Under the pieces are notes generated by a model. That model was not told the origin of the DNA. It worked only from the letters and a program-made list of their open reading frames with translations, and did not search any database. A DNA stretch of 64,000 bases from a virus, in the IMG/VR virus record IMGVR_UViG_3300022821_000013, positions 1-64,000 of that record. One strand, given 5' to 3'. Positions 1-7,070 of this stretch are shown here, one piece after another. Made by a program: the position numbers and the translations under genes. Numbering within the stretch: the first letter of the stretch is position 1; every line of letters begins with the position of its first letter.

Positions 1-76
1 AATAAACCCATTTATTATTTGAATTGTATATATTTATTTCATCAGTTACATTGATATATAATATTTTAAGTATCAT
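1..76 (-). CDS. 23-aa-repeat family protein, N-terminal part (runs off window start)
   Basis: Reverse strand reads MILKILYINVTDEINIYNSNNKWVY, the same N-terminus as the paralogues at 1122-2512; ATG overlaps the TGA of the previous ORF. Confidence 0.85.
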   Translation of the reverse strand, partial: MILKILYINVTDEINIYNSNNKWVY

Positions 77-573
77 TTCTTAGGTCTGTTATCCGTTATC
101 ATACCATTACTATCTTCATAATAAATTCTATTGTTATTAGAATCAAATTCTTTTTTTACCCAAAATCCATTACTATCTTCATAATAAATTTCAAGACTGT
201 TAGAATCAAATTCGCTTTTTGACCAATATCCATCACTATCTTCATAATAAATTCTATTGTTATTAGAATCATATTCTCTTTTTACCCAATTTCCATCATT
301 ATATTCACAATAAATTTCATTATTATTAGAATCAAATTCGCTTTTTACCCAAAATCCATCATTATCTTCATAATAAATTTCAAGACTGTTAGAATCATAT
401 TCTCTTTTTGACCAATCTCCATTACTATCTTCATAATAAATTCTATTGTTATTAGAATCAAATTCGCTTTTTACCAAATCTCCATTACTATTTTCCCAAT
501 AAATTTCATTATTATTAGAATTGTATATATTTATTTCATCAGTTACATTGATATATAATATTTTAAGTTTCAT
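73..573 (-). CDS. 23-aa tandem repeat protein (WVKxEFDSNNNEIYYEDSNG repeat)
   Basis: ORF 73..600; start moved to MKLKILY at 573 by comparison with paralogues; about 6 repeat units. Confidence 0.85.
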   Translation of the reverse strand: MKLKILYINVTDEINIYNSNNNEIYWENSNGDLVKSEFDSNNNRIYYEDSNGDWSKREYDSNSLEIYYEDNDGFWVKSEFDSNNNEIYCEYNDGNWVKREYDSNNNRIYYEDSDGYWSKSEFDSNSLEIYYEDSNGFWVKKEFDSNNNRIYYEDSNGMITDNRPKK

Positions 574-1063
574 ATCTATCATAATAAACAAACACATCAT
601 TCAAATCATCACTATTTAATACATTAAAATCATCATCTACTTCAATAGTAAATGTTTTTAATGGCATATTTCTATGTTTAATATATTGTGTTGATGATAT
701 TGATTTTCCATTACAAGTAGCAGTACCAGTCCACACACTACCATCTGGATTTAACCATTGTATAGCACTGATATAGTAAAATCTACCATCTTCGGTTTCT
801 CTAAATACATCAGAACGTCTTATATTTTTATTATTATCATTAAATTCATCGTCTTCATACGTTAAAGGTGATATAGGTTCAAAATTAGCTAATTTGTTAA
901 ATATATCAATTACTATTCTTGCTGAATAACCAGAATGTCCTTGTTTACTGAATGTTGTTATTAATTCCATAATTGCATTATACAACATACCATCGTACAT
1001 AGCTTCTTTACTATCTACACCTGCCAAACGTAATTCTTTTTGTGCGTGTTCTATCAATCCCAT
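563..1063 (-). CDS. hypothetical phage protein
   Basis: 166 aa ORF, AAGGG SD-like motif upstream, directly downstream of promoter 1088-1118. Confidence 0.8.
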   Translation of the reverse strand: MGLIEHAQKELRLAGVDSKEAMYDGMLYNAIMELITTFSKQGHSGYSARIVIDIFNKLANFEPISPLTYEDDEFNDNNKNIRRSDVFRETEDGRFYYISAIQWLNPDGSVWTGTATCNGKSISSTQYIKHRNMPLKTFTIEVDDDFNVLNSDDLNDVFVYYDRYET

Positions 1064-1087
1064 TTAATATTCCCTTATTATAATTTA

Positions 1088-1118
1088 CAAACTTACGAAA
1101 AAGAAATGATATATACAA
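1088..1118 (-). promoter_or_regulatory. Bacteroidota-type sigma70 promoter (-33 TTG, -7 TAnnTTTG)
   Basis: Minus strand TTG-N20-TAAGTTTG; the motif recurs 12 times in intergenic gaps. Confidence 0.8.
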
Positions 1119-1121
1119 GTT

Positions 1122-1559
1122 TTATTTTTTAGTTCTACTATCTATTATAGTTCCATCATAATTTTCCCAATAAATTTCATTATTATTAGAATCATATTGG
1201 ATTTTTACCCAAAGTCCATTACTATTTTCACGATAAAGTATATTACCATTAGAATCAAATTCTTTTTTTACCCAAAGTCCACTACTATATTCACAATAAA
1301 GTTCATTGTTATTAGAATCAAATTCTTTTATATAAAAGAATCCATTACTATGTTCACAATAAATTAGATTGTTATTAGAATCGTATTCTTTTTTTACCAA
1401 AAGTCCATCATGATTTTCCCAATAAATTTCATTATTATTAGAATCATATTGGATTTTTACCCAAAGTCCATTACTATTTTCACTATAAACCCATTTATTA
1501 TTTGAATTGTATATATTTATTTCATCAGTTACATTGATATATAATATTTTAAGTTTCAT
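1122..1559 (-). CDS. 23-aa tandem repeat protein
   Basis: MKLKILYINVTDEINIY N-terminus plus repeats. Confidence 0.9.
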   Translation of the reverse strand: MKLKILYINVTDEINIYNSNNKWVYSENSNGLWVKIQYDSNNNEIYWENHDGLLVKKEYDSNNNLIYCEHSNGFFYIKEFDSNNNELYCEYSSGLWVKKEFDSNGNILYRENSNGLWVKIQYDSNNNEIYWENYDGTIIDSRTKK

Positions 1560-1993
1560 TTCTTAGGTCTGTTATCCGTTATCATACCATTACTATCTTC
1601 ATAATAAATTTCATTATTATTAGAATCAAATTCGTTTTTTACCCAAAATCCATCACCATCTTCATAATAAAGTTCATTGTTATTAGAATCAAATTCCTTT
1701 TTTACCCAAAATCTATTACTATCTTCATAATAAATTTCATTATTATTAGAATCAAATTCGTTTTTTACCCAAAATCCATCACCATCTTCATAATAAAGTT
1801 CATTGTTATTAGAATCAAATTCCTTTTTTACCCAAAATCCATCACTATCTTCACAATAAAGTTCATTGTTATTAGAATCAAACTCTCTTTTTATCCAATC
1901 TCCATTACTATTTTCAAAATAAACCCATTTATTATTTGAATTGTATATATTTATTTCATCAGTTACATTGATATATAATATTTTAAGTTTCAT
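1556..1993 (-). CDS. 23-aa tandem repeat protein
   Basis: Same N-terminus and repeats; ATGA overlap with the next paralogue. Confidence 0.9.
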   Translation of the reverse strand: MKLKILYINVTDEINIYNSNNKWVYFENSNGDWIKREFDSNNNELYCEDSDGFWVKKEFDSNNNELYYEDGDGFWVKNEFDSNNNEIYYEDSNRFWVKKEFDSNNNELYYEDGDGFWVKNEFDSNNNEIYYEDSNGMITDNRPKK

Positions 1994-2002
1994 TTTATTT
2001 TA

Positions 2003-2512
2003 TTATTCCTTCTCTTTAATTATTTCTACATCAAATCCAATTAATTCACATATTTCTTTATGAGTTAATCTTTTAACTTCTTTAGGTCTGTTATCTATTA
2101 TAGTTCCATCACTATCTTCATGATAAATTAGATTGTTATTAGAATCAAATTCTCTTTTTGACCAATCTCCATCACTATCTTCATAATAAATTTCATTATT
2201 ATTAGAATCATATTCTTTTATATAAAAGAATCCATTAATATCCTCATGATAAATTTCATTACTATCAGAATCATATTCTCTTTTTACCCAATTTCCATCA
2301 TTATATTCCCAATAAATTTCATTATTATTAGAATCAAATTCGCTTTTTACCCAAAATCCATTACTATCTTCACGATAAATTCGATTATTATTAGAATCAA
2401 ATTCTCTTTTTACCCAAAATTCATCATTATATTCCCAATAAACCCATTTATTATTTGAATTGTATATATTTATTTCATCAGTTACATTGATATATAATAT
2501 TTTAAGTTTCAT
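2003..2512 (-). CDS. 23-aa tandem repeat protein with C-terminal RLTHKEICELIG module
   Basis: Same N-terminus and repeats, plus the tail shared with the 26-28 kb paralogues. Confidence 0.9.
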   Translation of the reverse strand: MKLKILYINVTDEINIYNSNNKWVYWEYNDEFWVKREFDSNNNRIYREDSNGFWVKSEFDSNNNEIYWEYNDGNWVKREYDSDSNEIYHEDINGFFYIKEYDSNNNEIYYEDSDGDWSKREFDSNNNLIYHEDSDGTIIDNRPKEVKRLTHKEICELIGFDVEIIKEKE

Positions 2513-2518
2513 TTTATT

Positions 2519-2707
2519 TTATTTTATAAAATATCGTACTAAATACACACGATTCACAATCGAGAGTTCATTGAGTTCCAAAATCATAATGTTATTTGGA
2601 TAAGAAGATTTATGTGTATTGTATACACGTACAAGCAACTTATCTATTATATTTGATAAATTGTGGTTATTGGTATTGTATATACATTTAAGTTTCATTT
2701 TATACAC
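2519..2707 (-). CDS. hypothetical protein
   Basis: 62 aa ORF tiling between neighbours. Confidence 0.55.
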   Translation of the reverse strand: MYKMKLKCIYNTNNHNLSNIIDKLLVRVYNTHKSSYPNNIMILELNELSIVNRVYLVRYFIK

Positions 2708-2943
2708 TCATGTTTTTGCTTTATGAGTTGTTGTAATTCTACATTCTTTTCTGCAACTATTCGTTTACATTCATTTCGGTATATAGTAGCTTTATCCCAT
2801 ATAGTTTCTTCATATCCGTGCGTTGGAAGCTCATATCTAGTATTTAAAATGGTTTCTAATTCATTTATTACCATTTCACACTCAAATATATCTTTATCAA
2901 TTCCAGTTAATCCGTCATCGATGGTTGAGTAAAATTGTGTCAT
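2695..2943 (-). CDS. hypothetical protein
   Basis: 82 aa ORF directly downstream of promoter 2969-2999. Confidence 0.7.
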   Translation of the reverse strand: MTQFYSTIDDGLTGIDKDIFECEMVINELETILNTRYELPTHGYEETIWDKATIYRNECKRIVAEKNVELQQLIKQKHECIK

Positions 2944-2968
2944 ATTAAATCTAATAATTAATAATATA

Positions 2969-2999
2969 CAAACTTACGAAATTAAATTGATATAAACAA
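2969..2999 (-). promoter_or_regulatory. Bacteroidota-type promoter
   Basis: TTG-N20-TAAGTTTG on minus strand. Confidence 0.8.
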
Positions 3000-3031
3000 A
3001 TTTTATTTTAATGATATGTTAAATTTAAAAG

Positions 3032-3053
3032 TCGAAGTATAGATGTACTTCGA
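3032..3053 (-). terminator. hairpin ending tRNA cluster 1
   Basis: TCGAAGTA-N6-TACTTCGA inverted repeat followed on the minus strand by CTTTT, right after the last tRNA. Confidence 0.55.
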
Positions 3054-3058
3054 AAATG

Positions 3059-3143
3059 CGGAAATAAAAGGAATCGAACCTTCATCTCGTTTTCACGATT
3101 GACTCTTTAGCAAAGAGTTTGCTACACCAATTGCCGTATTTCC
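3059..3143 (-). tRNA. tRNA-Ser(GCT)
   Basis: Acceptor GGAAATA/TATTTCC, anticodon arm ACTCT-TTGCTAA-AGAGT, long variable arm, TTCGATT T-loop, G73; atypical D-arm. Confidence 0.85.
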
Positions 3144-3155
3144 ATTTTTTTAGTG

Positions 3156-3242
3156 TACCGGTAGGAAGATTTGAACTTCCAAGTGTATCTTCGTTTACCC
3201 ACGAGTCTAAATCGCGTGACTTTACCATTTGTCTATACCGGT
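3156..3242 (-). tRNA. tRNA-Leu(TAG)
   Basis: Acceptor ACCGGTA/TACCGGT, loop TTTAGAC, long variable arm, GGAAG-TTCAAAT-CTTCC. Confidence 0.88.
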
Positions 3243-3249
3243 AGATTTG

Positions 3250-3323
3250 TGGACACATATCGGATTTGAACCGATAACCCCCATATTGCAAGTATGGTGC
3301 TTTCCCAATTAAGCTAATGGCCC
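3250..3323 (-). tRNA. tRNA-Ala(TGC)
   Basis: CCATA-CTTGCAA-TATGG anticodon arm, canonical D and T arms; acceptor stem has a bulge. Confidence 0.8.
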
Positions 3324-3329
3324 ATTATT

Positions 3330-3386
3330 GTATGATATATCATTCATATTATATGGATTATATGTTATATGAATGACATATCATAC
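3330..3386. repeat. 20-bp inverted repeat (long hairpin) between tRNA-Gln and tRNA-Ala
   Basis: GTATGATATATCATTCATAT ... ATATGAATGACATATCATAC, one G-U pair on the minus strand. Confidence 0.8.
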
Positions 3387-3391
3387 TAATG

Positions 3392-3463
3392 TTGAGTGGG
3401 GTGGGGTCGAACCACCGAATGTCGGCTTCAAAAACCGATGCCTTACCACTTGGCTACCACCCA
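3392..3463 (-). tRNA. tRNA-Gln(TTG)
   Basis: TAGCCAAGTGGTAAGGC D-arm, TCGGT-TTTTGAA-GCCGA, GGTGG-TTCGACC-CCACC. Confidence 0.88.
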
Positions 3464-3471
3464 ATATATTG

Positions 3472-3544
3472 TACGAATGAATGGATTCGAACCATCACTG
3501 AACGAGGTTTAAACTCGATCCCTCTTCCGTTGGGGTACATTCGC
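3472..3544 (-). tRNA. tRNA-Leu(TAA), short variable loop
   Basis: Acceptor GCGAATG/CATTCGT, loop TTTAAAC, 5-nt variable region, TTCGAAT T-loop. Confidence 0.78.
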
Positions 3545-3553
3545 ATTTTTGTT

Positions 3554-3638
3554 GTAGGTGGTGAGAGATTCGAACTTAGCTATAGTATGAACTAACCAGA
3601 TTTACAGTCTGGCTGGGATCTCCAACTCCCGTACGACG
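3554..3638 (-). pseudogene. degenerate tRNA-Tyr(GTA)
   Basis: Perfect anticodon arm CCAGA-CTGTAAA-TCTGG and TTCGAAT loop, but T-stem and acceptor stem do not pair; boundaries approximate. Confidence 0.65.
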
Positions 3639-3646
3639 CATTAAAG

Positions 3647-3733
3647 AGGAAGTTGGGGCAGTCGAAACCCCATTGCCTTATTAGGGGCTTAGCTGTTTTC
3701 AAAACAGTTTGCTACACCAATTGCTGAACTTCC
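3647..3733 (-). tRNA. tRNA-Ser(TGA)
   Basis: Acceptor GGAAGTT/AACTTCC, loop TTTGAAA, long variable arm; shares the atypical D region GCAATTGGTGTAGCAAACT with Ser(GCT). Confidence 0.82.
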
Positions 3734-3735
3734 AT

Positions 3736-3775
3736 AAAAAGAAAAAATCTCGTCTATTTTATTAGAGGAGATTTT
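3736..3775 (-). terminator. intrinsic terminator of attenuator 1, upstream of tRNA cluster 1
   Basis: AAAATCTC-C-TCTA-ATAAAA-TAGA-C-GAGATTTT followed by TTCTTTTT, immediately 5' of the first tRNA. Confidence 0.8.
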
Positions 3776-3806
3776 ATTTCATATTCATTATATAATTTTA
3801 TTTTAT

Positions 3807-3920
3807 CTAATTAATAACATAAATATCCCCTACCATCGAATCCAGAGCAGTCGCTAACGACCACAATGTGATTGGTTGTAATATACTCGGTTGTTGATAT
3901 GTTATTATTGTATTTTTCAT
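3807..3920 (-). CDS. putative attenuator leader peptide 1 (37 aa, MKNTIITYQQPSILQPITLWSLATALDSMVGDIYVIN)
   Basis: ATG 3920 to TAG 3807 read by hand; contains G-ending codons TCG, GCG, CTG, CCG, GGG; ends ~30 nt before a terminator. Confidence 0.7.
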   Translation of the reverse strand: MKNTIITYQQPSILQPITLWSLATALDSMVGDIYVIN

Positions 3921-3959
3921 CTTATATATAAATAGAGATAAGTTTCTCGTAAATTAATT

Positions 3960-4097
3960 ATATCGATATGTTGGACTCGATACCAACAAAAACGATTCTC
4001 CCACGCACGTCAACCCACATAAAACTTAATCTAATAAGAAGCACTGACTCCTACTTTACTTATGTTAGGCGTGTCTATCTTTCACCAATATCAATAT
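3960..4097 (-). ncRNA. unidentified tRNA-like RNA with D-like and T-like arms and a large central insert
   Basis: Closing stem ATATTGATAT/ATATCGATAT, 5' TGGTGAAAGATAGACACG, 3' GTTGG-TATCGAGT-CCAAC; no ORF; flanked by a 20-bp perfect inverted repeat. Confidence 0.5.
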
Positions 4098-4100
4098 AAA

Positions 4101-4406
4101 TTAATTTACGAGAAACTTTTCTTTATCTAAAGTTGCTAATACCCTATAAAATAAAATCCCATTTTCAGTTTTGAATTGAACCTTAATCGGTCTAATACTT
4201 CTTGTTCCTGTTCTGATGGATTTTGTTACTTGTTCTGTACCATCATTATCTATAAAAGTAAGTTCATATCCCAATTGTTCACCATAGACCATAGAATCTA
4301 AATTAAACTTAGTATCTGTTTCTTCCCAATTACCATATGAAGATATTTCATCTTCCACTGTAGATTCTGTTATGAACCTTTTAAATTTATCGAATTCATT
4401 TGTCAT
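4101..4406 (-). CDS. hypothetical protein
   Basis: 101 aa ORF, ATGA overlap with upstream gene. Confidence 0.75.
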   Translation of the reverse strand: MTNEFDKFKRFITESTVEDEISSYGNWEETDTKFNLDSMVYGEQLGYELTFIDNDGTEQVTKSIRTGTRSIRPIKVQFKTENGILFYRVLATLDKEKFLVN

Positions 4407-5332
4407 TGTACATTCCCTATATATTTAGTGTCTATATGACATCCATCTTGTTCTATATTATCTATGCTTATTATCAATATACTACCGATAACATTAAAAT
4501 AAAACGTAGTATTTTTATTCGTACCTTGTATTTCATATCTAATATTCATATTCTCACTGGTCAACGCTATAGTAGTAGTTGAACCATGAGATTCACAATT
4601 ATAGTCATCATGATCATCTTGTATTTCTATAGTTTCAAATCCTACTAAATGAGATTGCAAGAATTGAATTACTTGTTGAAAATTGATTCTTATATTATCA
4701 ATTAATAAACATGTAGTGTCAGCATCTGGTTTTATATAATCGCTTACTTGTAATTGTTTCGTTTTACCATTATACGACATAAACTTTATATATTCATCGT
4801 TATAATCATCTTTTATTTTTATAGTTCTTATTTGTTTATGCTCATTATACAATTTAGTATTTATATGTGTTTTTATCTTAGTTAATCTATCATTTAAAAC
4901 TTCATATTTAGACACTAAATCATTTAATACAGATAACCATTCTTCAAATTGACTTATGAATTTATCTATATCTTCTATCGTAGAAATGGAAAATGTAATT
5001 GATTGTAATTTGTCAAGTTGTTTCCACTTTGGGAATTTGTAAGAATGATACTCATCATAACAACACCCATAACCGTATCTATTGTGTAGACTTCTAAGTG
5101 GTTTAACTTCGATTGTAATTCGTTCGTCATTATTATTATATGTTACATCTATATCACCAAAATCTTGATAATTACCAATTATACTAAAACCGTCTGTGTT
5201 ATAGCTATTACGTTCCATAGATTCTGTAATTGCATTCCAAAATAGTTTATTATGTGTTTTATTTCTACATAAATCATATAATATAGTTGTTAAACTTATA
5301 GTTTTACTTTCATTCTTCTTCTTCCAGAACAT
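4403..5332 (-). CDS. hypothetical protein
   Basis: 309 aa ORF, no recognised motif. Confidence 0.8.
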   Translation of the reverse strand: MFWKKKNESKTISLTTILYDLCRNKTHNKLFWNAITESMERNSYNTDGFSIIGNYQDFGDIDVTYNNNDERITIEVKPLRSLHNRYGYGCCYDEYHSYKFPKWKQLDKLQSITFSISTIEDIDKFISQFEEWLSVLNDLVSKYEVLNDRLTKIKTHINTKLYNEHKQIRTIKIKDDYNDEYIKFMSYNGKTKQLQVSDYIKPDADTTCLLIDNIRINFQQVIQFLQSHLVGFETIEIQDDHDDYNCESHGSTTTIALTSENMNIRYEIQGTNKNTTFYFNVIGSILIISIDNIEQDGCHIDTKYIGNVQ

Positions 5333-5368
5333 TTTTACTCTCTTTTTTTTAATGTATTCTTAATATGT

Positions 5369-5839
5369 CTATTTAACTAAGTCATCTCTTAATTTAGTTA
5401 AGACCTTTCCTAACAAATTTAAACCTAACCACTGTTCAGGGTCTTGTGCTCTTGGATCATCTTCAAGTAAACCAATACCCCAAATCTTATCACATGGAGA
5501 AGCATCAACTAAAGTTTTATCTTTAGTATCAAGTAATTTATTTAATAATTTTTCGTTTTGTGTGAACTTTGCATGGTTTCCTTTATATACAATTTCTTCA
5601 CATACAACTGACCATTTTTCAGCAATGAAATTTGAAACTTCTCTACCTAGTTTCTTCTGTTGTTTTGGATGTAAAGTATTCATAATCTTTGAAGCAGTTA
5701 ATTCATCACCAAAGAATAAAGCCTTTTGTTGCATCATATACTGTTCTGTACAATTATACATATCACCATCTATTTCAAATTTACAAGGATGCCATTGACT
5801 AAATGGCCCTGACCAGAAAAATTCATAATTCTCATTCAT
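5369..5839 (-). CDS. NADAR family hydrolase (YbiA-like)
   Basis: PFSQWHP, TEQYMMQQKALFFGD, KKLGREV, AKFTQN, ASPCDKIWGIG, GLNLLGKVL motifs. Confidence 0.92.
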   Translation of the reverse strand: MNENYEFFWSGPFSQWHPCKFEIDGDMYNCTEQYMMQQKALFFGDELTASKIMNTLHPKQQKKLGREVSNFIAEKWSVVCEEIVYKGNHAKFTQNEKLLNKLLDTKDKTLVDASPCDKIWGIGLLEDDPRAQDPEQWLGLNLLGKVLTKLRDDLVK

Positions 5840-5875
5840 AATGTTATTTTTTTAATATCGTTTAAAATAATAATA

Positions 5876-5906
5876 CAAACTTACGAAAAAATAATGATAT
5901 AAACAA
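5876..5906 (-). promoter_or_regulatory. Bacteroidota-type promoter
   Basis: TTG-N20-TAAGTTTG. Confidence 0.8.
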
Positions 5907-5909
5907 ATT

Positions 5910-6389
5910 TTATTTTCTATTAGCTATTAAATCAGCTGCACACGTTGCAGCAGGTGCATTTGGTTTTGCAAATACATCAAACCCTAAACTTTTAAGCCAA
6001 CCTACAGCCGCAGGATATGCTATATTAGATTTATATTTAGCTTCTGAATTTAAATCGATATGGATTTCTACAGGTTCTTGTAAAATATCTTGTATTTCTT
6101 CGGCTATACATTTAGATTTCTCTACTTCAGTCCAAAGCATTTCAAATATAGATAATTCTTTTTTATGTTTATCCATAGAATATATTAAATGAGCACCTTT
6201 ATTGTATCCATCAGTTCCATAATAAAACATAGCTATCACGGTAACATAAATAACTTTTTTAGATGCCTTCTTATATTTTGAATCCGATCCAACTGCTATT
6301 TTAGCATCAGGATTCATTTCAATGAATTTCTGAACATGTAAAATCCAATCATCAATTATTTCGTTTGTTTGGAATGTCTTGAAATACAT
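5910..6389 (-). CDS. RNase H-like YkuK (DUF458) family protein
   Basis: IAVGSDS, LWTEVEKS, VEIHIDLN, KPNAPAATCAAD motifs. Confidence 0.85.
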   Translation of the reverse strand: MYFKTFQTNEIIDDWILHVQKFIEMNPDAKIAVGSDSKYKKASKKVIYVTVIAMFYYGTDGYNKGAHLIYSMDKHKKELSIFEMLWTEVEKSKCIAEEIQDILQEPVEIHIDLNSEAKYKSNIAYPAAVGWLKSLGFDVFAKPNAPAATCAADLIANRK

Positions 6390-6407
6390 ATATACCTTAG
6401 TTTAAAG

Positions 6408-6480
6408 AGGTGAATCCCAGATTCGAACTGGGGTAAACGAGTTTGCAATCCGTTGTCTGAAACCACTCGACTAATTCACC
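6408..6480 (-). tRNA. tRNA-Cys(GCA)
   Basis: Acceptor GGTGAAT/ATTCACC, U73, loop TTGCAAA, CCCAG-TTCGAAT-CTGGG. Confidence 0.85.
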
Positions 6481-6493
6481 ATTATTATATTTT

Positions 6494-6566
6494 GTACCCA
6501 AGGTAGGATTCGAACCTTTATCTCCAATTGGAGGTAGGATAATGTTGCCAATTACACCAAATGTAC
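6494..6566 (-). pseudogene. degenerate tRNA-Gly(TCC)-like
   Basis: TGGTGTAATTGGCAACA D-arm, loop CCTCCAA, TTCGAAT; acceptor and T stems only partly paired. Confidence 0.55.
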
Positions 6567-6578
6567 ATTTCTAACGAG

Positions 6579-6652
6579 TTGACCTGGACGGACTTGAACC
6601 GTCGATCTTCGAATTATGAGTTCGCTGCTTTGACCAACTAAGCTACAGATCA
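6579..6652 (-). tRNA. tRNA(CAT), probably Ile2 (lysidine type)
   Basis: Acceptor TGATCTG/CAGGTCA, GCGAA-CTCATAA-TTCGA arm without the initiator GGG/CCC; Ile2 versus elongator Met is an inference. Confidence 0.8.
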
Positions 6653-6659
6653 ATATTTG

Positions 6660-6734
6660 GGTGAATGATGGGCTACGATCCCACGACCTTCGGTTTCACA
6701 GACCGACGCTCTAACCAACTGAGCTACAAACACC
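6660..6734 (-). tRNA. tRNA-His(GTG)
   Basis: G-1:C73, TCGGT-CTGTGAA-ACCGA; non-canonical T-loop ATCGTAG and two acceptor mismatches. Confidence 0.8.
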
Positions 6735-6745
6735 ATAATAAAAAG

Positions 6746-6829
6746 TTGCGGAAGACAGATTCGAACTGTCATTATACTTCTCGTCTCTGGGTTATGAGCC
6801 CAGGATGTTAACCATTACACCATTCCGCA
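6746..6829 (-). tRNA. tRNA-Met(CAT), initiator-like, with expanded variable region
   Basis: CTGGG-CTCATAA-CCCAG (three G-C pairs), acceptor TGCGGAA/TTCCGCA, 16-nt variable region AGACGAGAAGTATAAT. Confidence 0.8.
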
Positions 6830-6837
6830 ATAACTTG

Positions 6838-6910
6838 TGATCTTACAGGAACTCGAATCCTGATTGCAACTTCGAATGAGTTGTGTCCTAACCATTTAGA
6901 CGATAAGACC
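6838..6910 (-). tRNA. tRNA-Glu(TTC), non-canonical anticodon loop
   Basis: Glu-like body (TCGTCTAAATGGTTAGGAC), CAACT-CATTCGA-AGTTG with A33 and G37. Confidence 0.78.
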
Positions 6911-6920
6911 GAATTATAAA

Positions 6921-6958
6921 TAAAAAATCCTTCAGTGTTTTAAGTTGAAGGATTTTTA
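6921..6958 (-). terminator. intrinsic terminator of attenuator 2, upstream of tRNA cluster 2
   Basis: AAAAATCCTTCA-N11-TGAAGGATTTTTT, ~10 nt before tRNA-Glu. Confidence 0.85.
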
Positions 6959-6983
6959 TAAATTTTTAGAAATGAATTTATTA

Positions 6984-7070
6984 TTATGCCCTTCGTACAT
7001 ACACCCCAAACCCACACTCAACGTGTATATTAGGTCTAAAGCTATTCATATGTTTATTATTACGAGTCAT
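6984..7070 (-). CDS. putative attenuator leader peptide 2 (28 aa, MTRNNKHMNSFRPNIHVECGFGVYVRRA)
   Basis: ATG 7070 to TAA 6984 read by hand; codons CAC GAG TGT GGG GGG clustered; ends ~25 nt before the terminator. Confidence 0.7.
   Translation of the reverse strand: MTRNNKHMNSFRPNIHVECGFGVYVRRA

Noticed and set aside
3472-3544. Ochre suppressor tRNA or stop-codon reassignment
   Set aside because: The 7-nt loop TTTAAAC centres on TAA (Leu), and conserved genes are full length with TAA, TAG and TGA all used as stops under the standard code.
3082-3595. ORFs 3082..3291 (-) and 3389..3595 (+)
   Set aside because: They overlap well-formed tRNA genes; spurious.
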